Positions 61,948-64,000 of a DNA stretch of 64,000 bases are shown piece by piece. Under the pieces are notes generated by a model. That model was not told where the DNA came from and did not search any database. It saw only the letters and a program-made list of their open reading frames with translations. The stretch covers positions 4,278,001-4,342,000 of the forward strand of contig OX597834.1 of assembly GCA_951406725.2 (NCBI GenBank), read 5' to 3'. A program made the translations under genes and the position numbers. This DNA comes from Octopus vulgaris. Its lineage: Eukaryota. Positions within the stretch are counted from its first letter, which is position 1, and every line of letters starts with the position of its first letter.

Positions 61948-62145
61948 GTTGTGTCTGGGGAGAGTCATTTTCTTTTTGTGCCTTATAATATAACACACTC
62001 ACCGGTAAAATTTCCCCGAGACCCCTAATGAAGGCTAGAGGGTATATCAGCCGAAACATTGTGTTAACAACAAACAAGATGAGGACAAATGTCCGTGTAA
62101 TTTAAATAATGTACATAATTCCTCATCTCTAAAATATAGAACTGA
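61948..62145 (+). mobile_element. Chimera of a family F arm and the family H hammerhead module (motif at 62020-62065)
   Basis: ...CACCGGTAAAATTTCCCC|GAGACCC CTAATGA A GGCTA..CAGCC GAAAC ATT GTGTT AACAACAAACAAGATGAGG. Confidence 0.72.
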
Positions 62146-62475
62146 AGAATATAATCCTTTATGGAATCACGACAATCATTTGAAGATTAATTGAAAAGTA
62201 TTGTAACATTTAATTTCAACAAAATCTATCAAAATATTTACAAACTTAGTATTTGTAAAAAAAAAACATAAAATATATTGCTTTAATATTTTATATTATT
62301 TCATATTTAAAATTTAATCTCTGTGTTGTTTATACAACAAAATTTAATAAATATTCTGGGATGAATAAAACTGTTCTTTGGCCAATCTCTACAGAAAAGG
62401 TAGTAAACCATAACTTGAATTTATATAATAAAATGAAATATATATGTTGGGTATAAATTAATGTAAATATGATCA

Positions 62476-62577
62476 AGGAGCCTGGTGCAGCCATCTGGTT
62501 CACCAGCCCTCAGTGAAAATCGTCTAACCCATGCTAGCATGGAAAGTGGATGTTAAACGATGATGAGGATGATGATG
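62476..62577 (+). mobile_element. Short family B 3' end
   Basis: Family match with a (GAT)n tail. Confidence 0.8.
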
Positions 62578-62721
62578 TTGCTAGTTTACTACAAACTTGA
62601 TTAGTTGCATTCTATTTTTACACACATTTGATGTTTATTTAAAGTTGGTTTAATATGATATACGTAGAATTTTGGATCAGTCAATTATCAAACTGCCAAT
62701 TATGTTTGTTTTAACACATCT

Positions 62722-62945
62722 TTAACTCCTTAGTGTTCACATTATTCTGCCAAAAGTAATTATTTAATCACATGTTTGGAATTAATCTTGCATTATCTTG
62801 AAGCTTTGAGATTTTCATGAGATAACTGTTGATTTTGAGAATGAGATTGTAGAGTTGGTGTGAAAGGCTGGATATGACCAGTTTGAACATAAAACAAGTA
62901 GAGTATTTGGGCCAGATATGGCCCATTTAAATGCTAAAGGATTAA
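62722..62945 (+). mobile_element. piggyBac-type MITE (family E); a further partial copy lies at 63692-63865
   Basis: Family match. Confidence 0.75.
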
Positions 62946-63013
62946 ACACTGAAGTGTGAAGTAAGAATTTCTAATGAAGCTATAAGGTAATTCAAAACCA
63001 TAAAATTGGAAAA

Positions 63014-63393
63014 ACTAGAAAAGCACTTGGAGAGCGCAAACCTCCGCCAAGCAGCTCATTCTAAGATAGATACACGAGTAAGATTACTAATAGAGAAACG
63101 AAAATAAACTTTGGAAACAGCAACGCCACCATAGGTTACGTGGAAACAATGAATGTTTTCAAGGGAGATAATTAAAGAACGTAACATTGTAATACTTCAT
63201 GTAAAGTAAATATAACAAATGAAAAATCCTGGATCACTACCAAAATTTCATCATCTGTTCTTTGTGTCATTATCAACTTTTCCTGCAAGTTTCATCAAAT
63301 ACCATTCACAACTTTTAAAGTTATTTCACACAGACGGACAGACAGACAAACCAGCACCAATGAAAACATAACCTCCTTCCTTGGCGGAGGTAG
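63014..63393 (+). mobile_element. Non-autonomous Helentron-associated (HINE/DINE-like) element
   Basis: Subterminal IR ACCTCCGCCAAG / CTTGGCGGAGGT, 3' hairpin ACCTCC..GGAGGT, (GACA)n microsatellite. Confidence 0.65.
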
Positions 63394-64000
63394 TTAGACA
63401 TTTTCATTTTCTAATGACCATAATGTAGTTCTTGACATCAGTAAAACAACTGCTGTTCTTTGCTGTTTTGCTTCAAATCTTAACTGGCATTGATCAAATC
63501 CATACCAGTAGTATACTCCGTATCCTATCAGTTTTATCCCTGCTCCTTAAAAATTAATTAAGCTAAGTCTCTTGGCAAAAGTTAGTCACAGTGAAAGTAA
63601 ATGCAGGTCCTCTGTGTCTAAAGTAAAGCACTCAAACCCTTATATTTTTACTATTCAGGAACAACATTACATTTTCTACATATATTAGGTTTTATCCCTT
63701 CAGCATTTAAACCAGACACATCCAGCCCAAAATATTCTTCTTGTTTTATGTTGAATCCAGCCAGAACTGGCTTATCACACCTACCCTACAATGTTATTCT
63801 AAAAATAACAATCGCACTATCAAAATCTCGAAGCTACAAGATAATACTTGATTAATTTAAAAATAATAATAATAATGAGATTATTGTATACAGTGCTCAG
63901 GTGCACCACAACTTGTCAAAAGTGCGTATAAAGCATATGCAGTAATGTACAAATGTCGGGAAAGCGAACAGTGTATGAGTCAGATACATGCTTGTGTGTG

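Overview
AT-rich, microsatellite-rich and repeat-dense animal genomic DNA. The repeat families resemble those I associate with octopus or other coleoid genomes; that assignment is recognition, not a database result. Nearly all ORFs in the supplied track are artefacts of microsatellites or repeats. The only host coding sequence I can support is a + strand, long-intron gene or genes with symmetric phase-1 exons at 7737-7775, 9828-9971, 16328-16366 and 61469-61828, plus a possible terminal exon at 34165. These exons encode a Gly-Tyr-Pro-Gln low-complexity region of the annexin A7/A11 N-terminal type; the gene's identity is not provable here. The introns hold tRNA-derived SINEs, RTE, CR1-type, R4/Dong and Penelope retroelement fragments, Gypsy LTR pieces, Tc1/mariner and piggyBac fossils, and several MITE families. 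The most striking signal is a set of at least four distinct families of minimal, Penelope-type hammerhead ribozyme motifs. Their cores show C3-G8, U3-A8 and G3-C8 compensatory variants. One family sits behind a tRNA-like Pol III head at the 3' end of a Penelope element.
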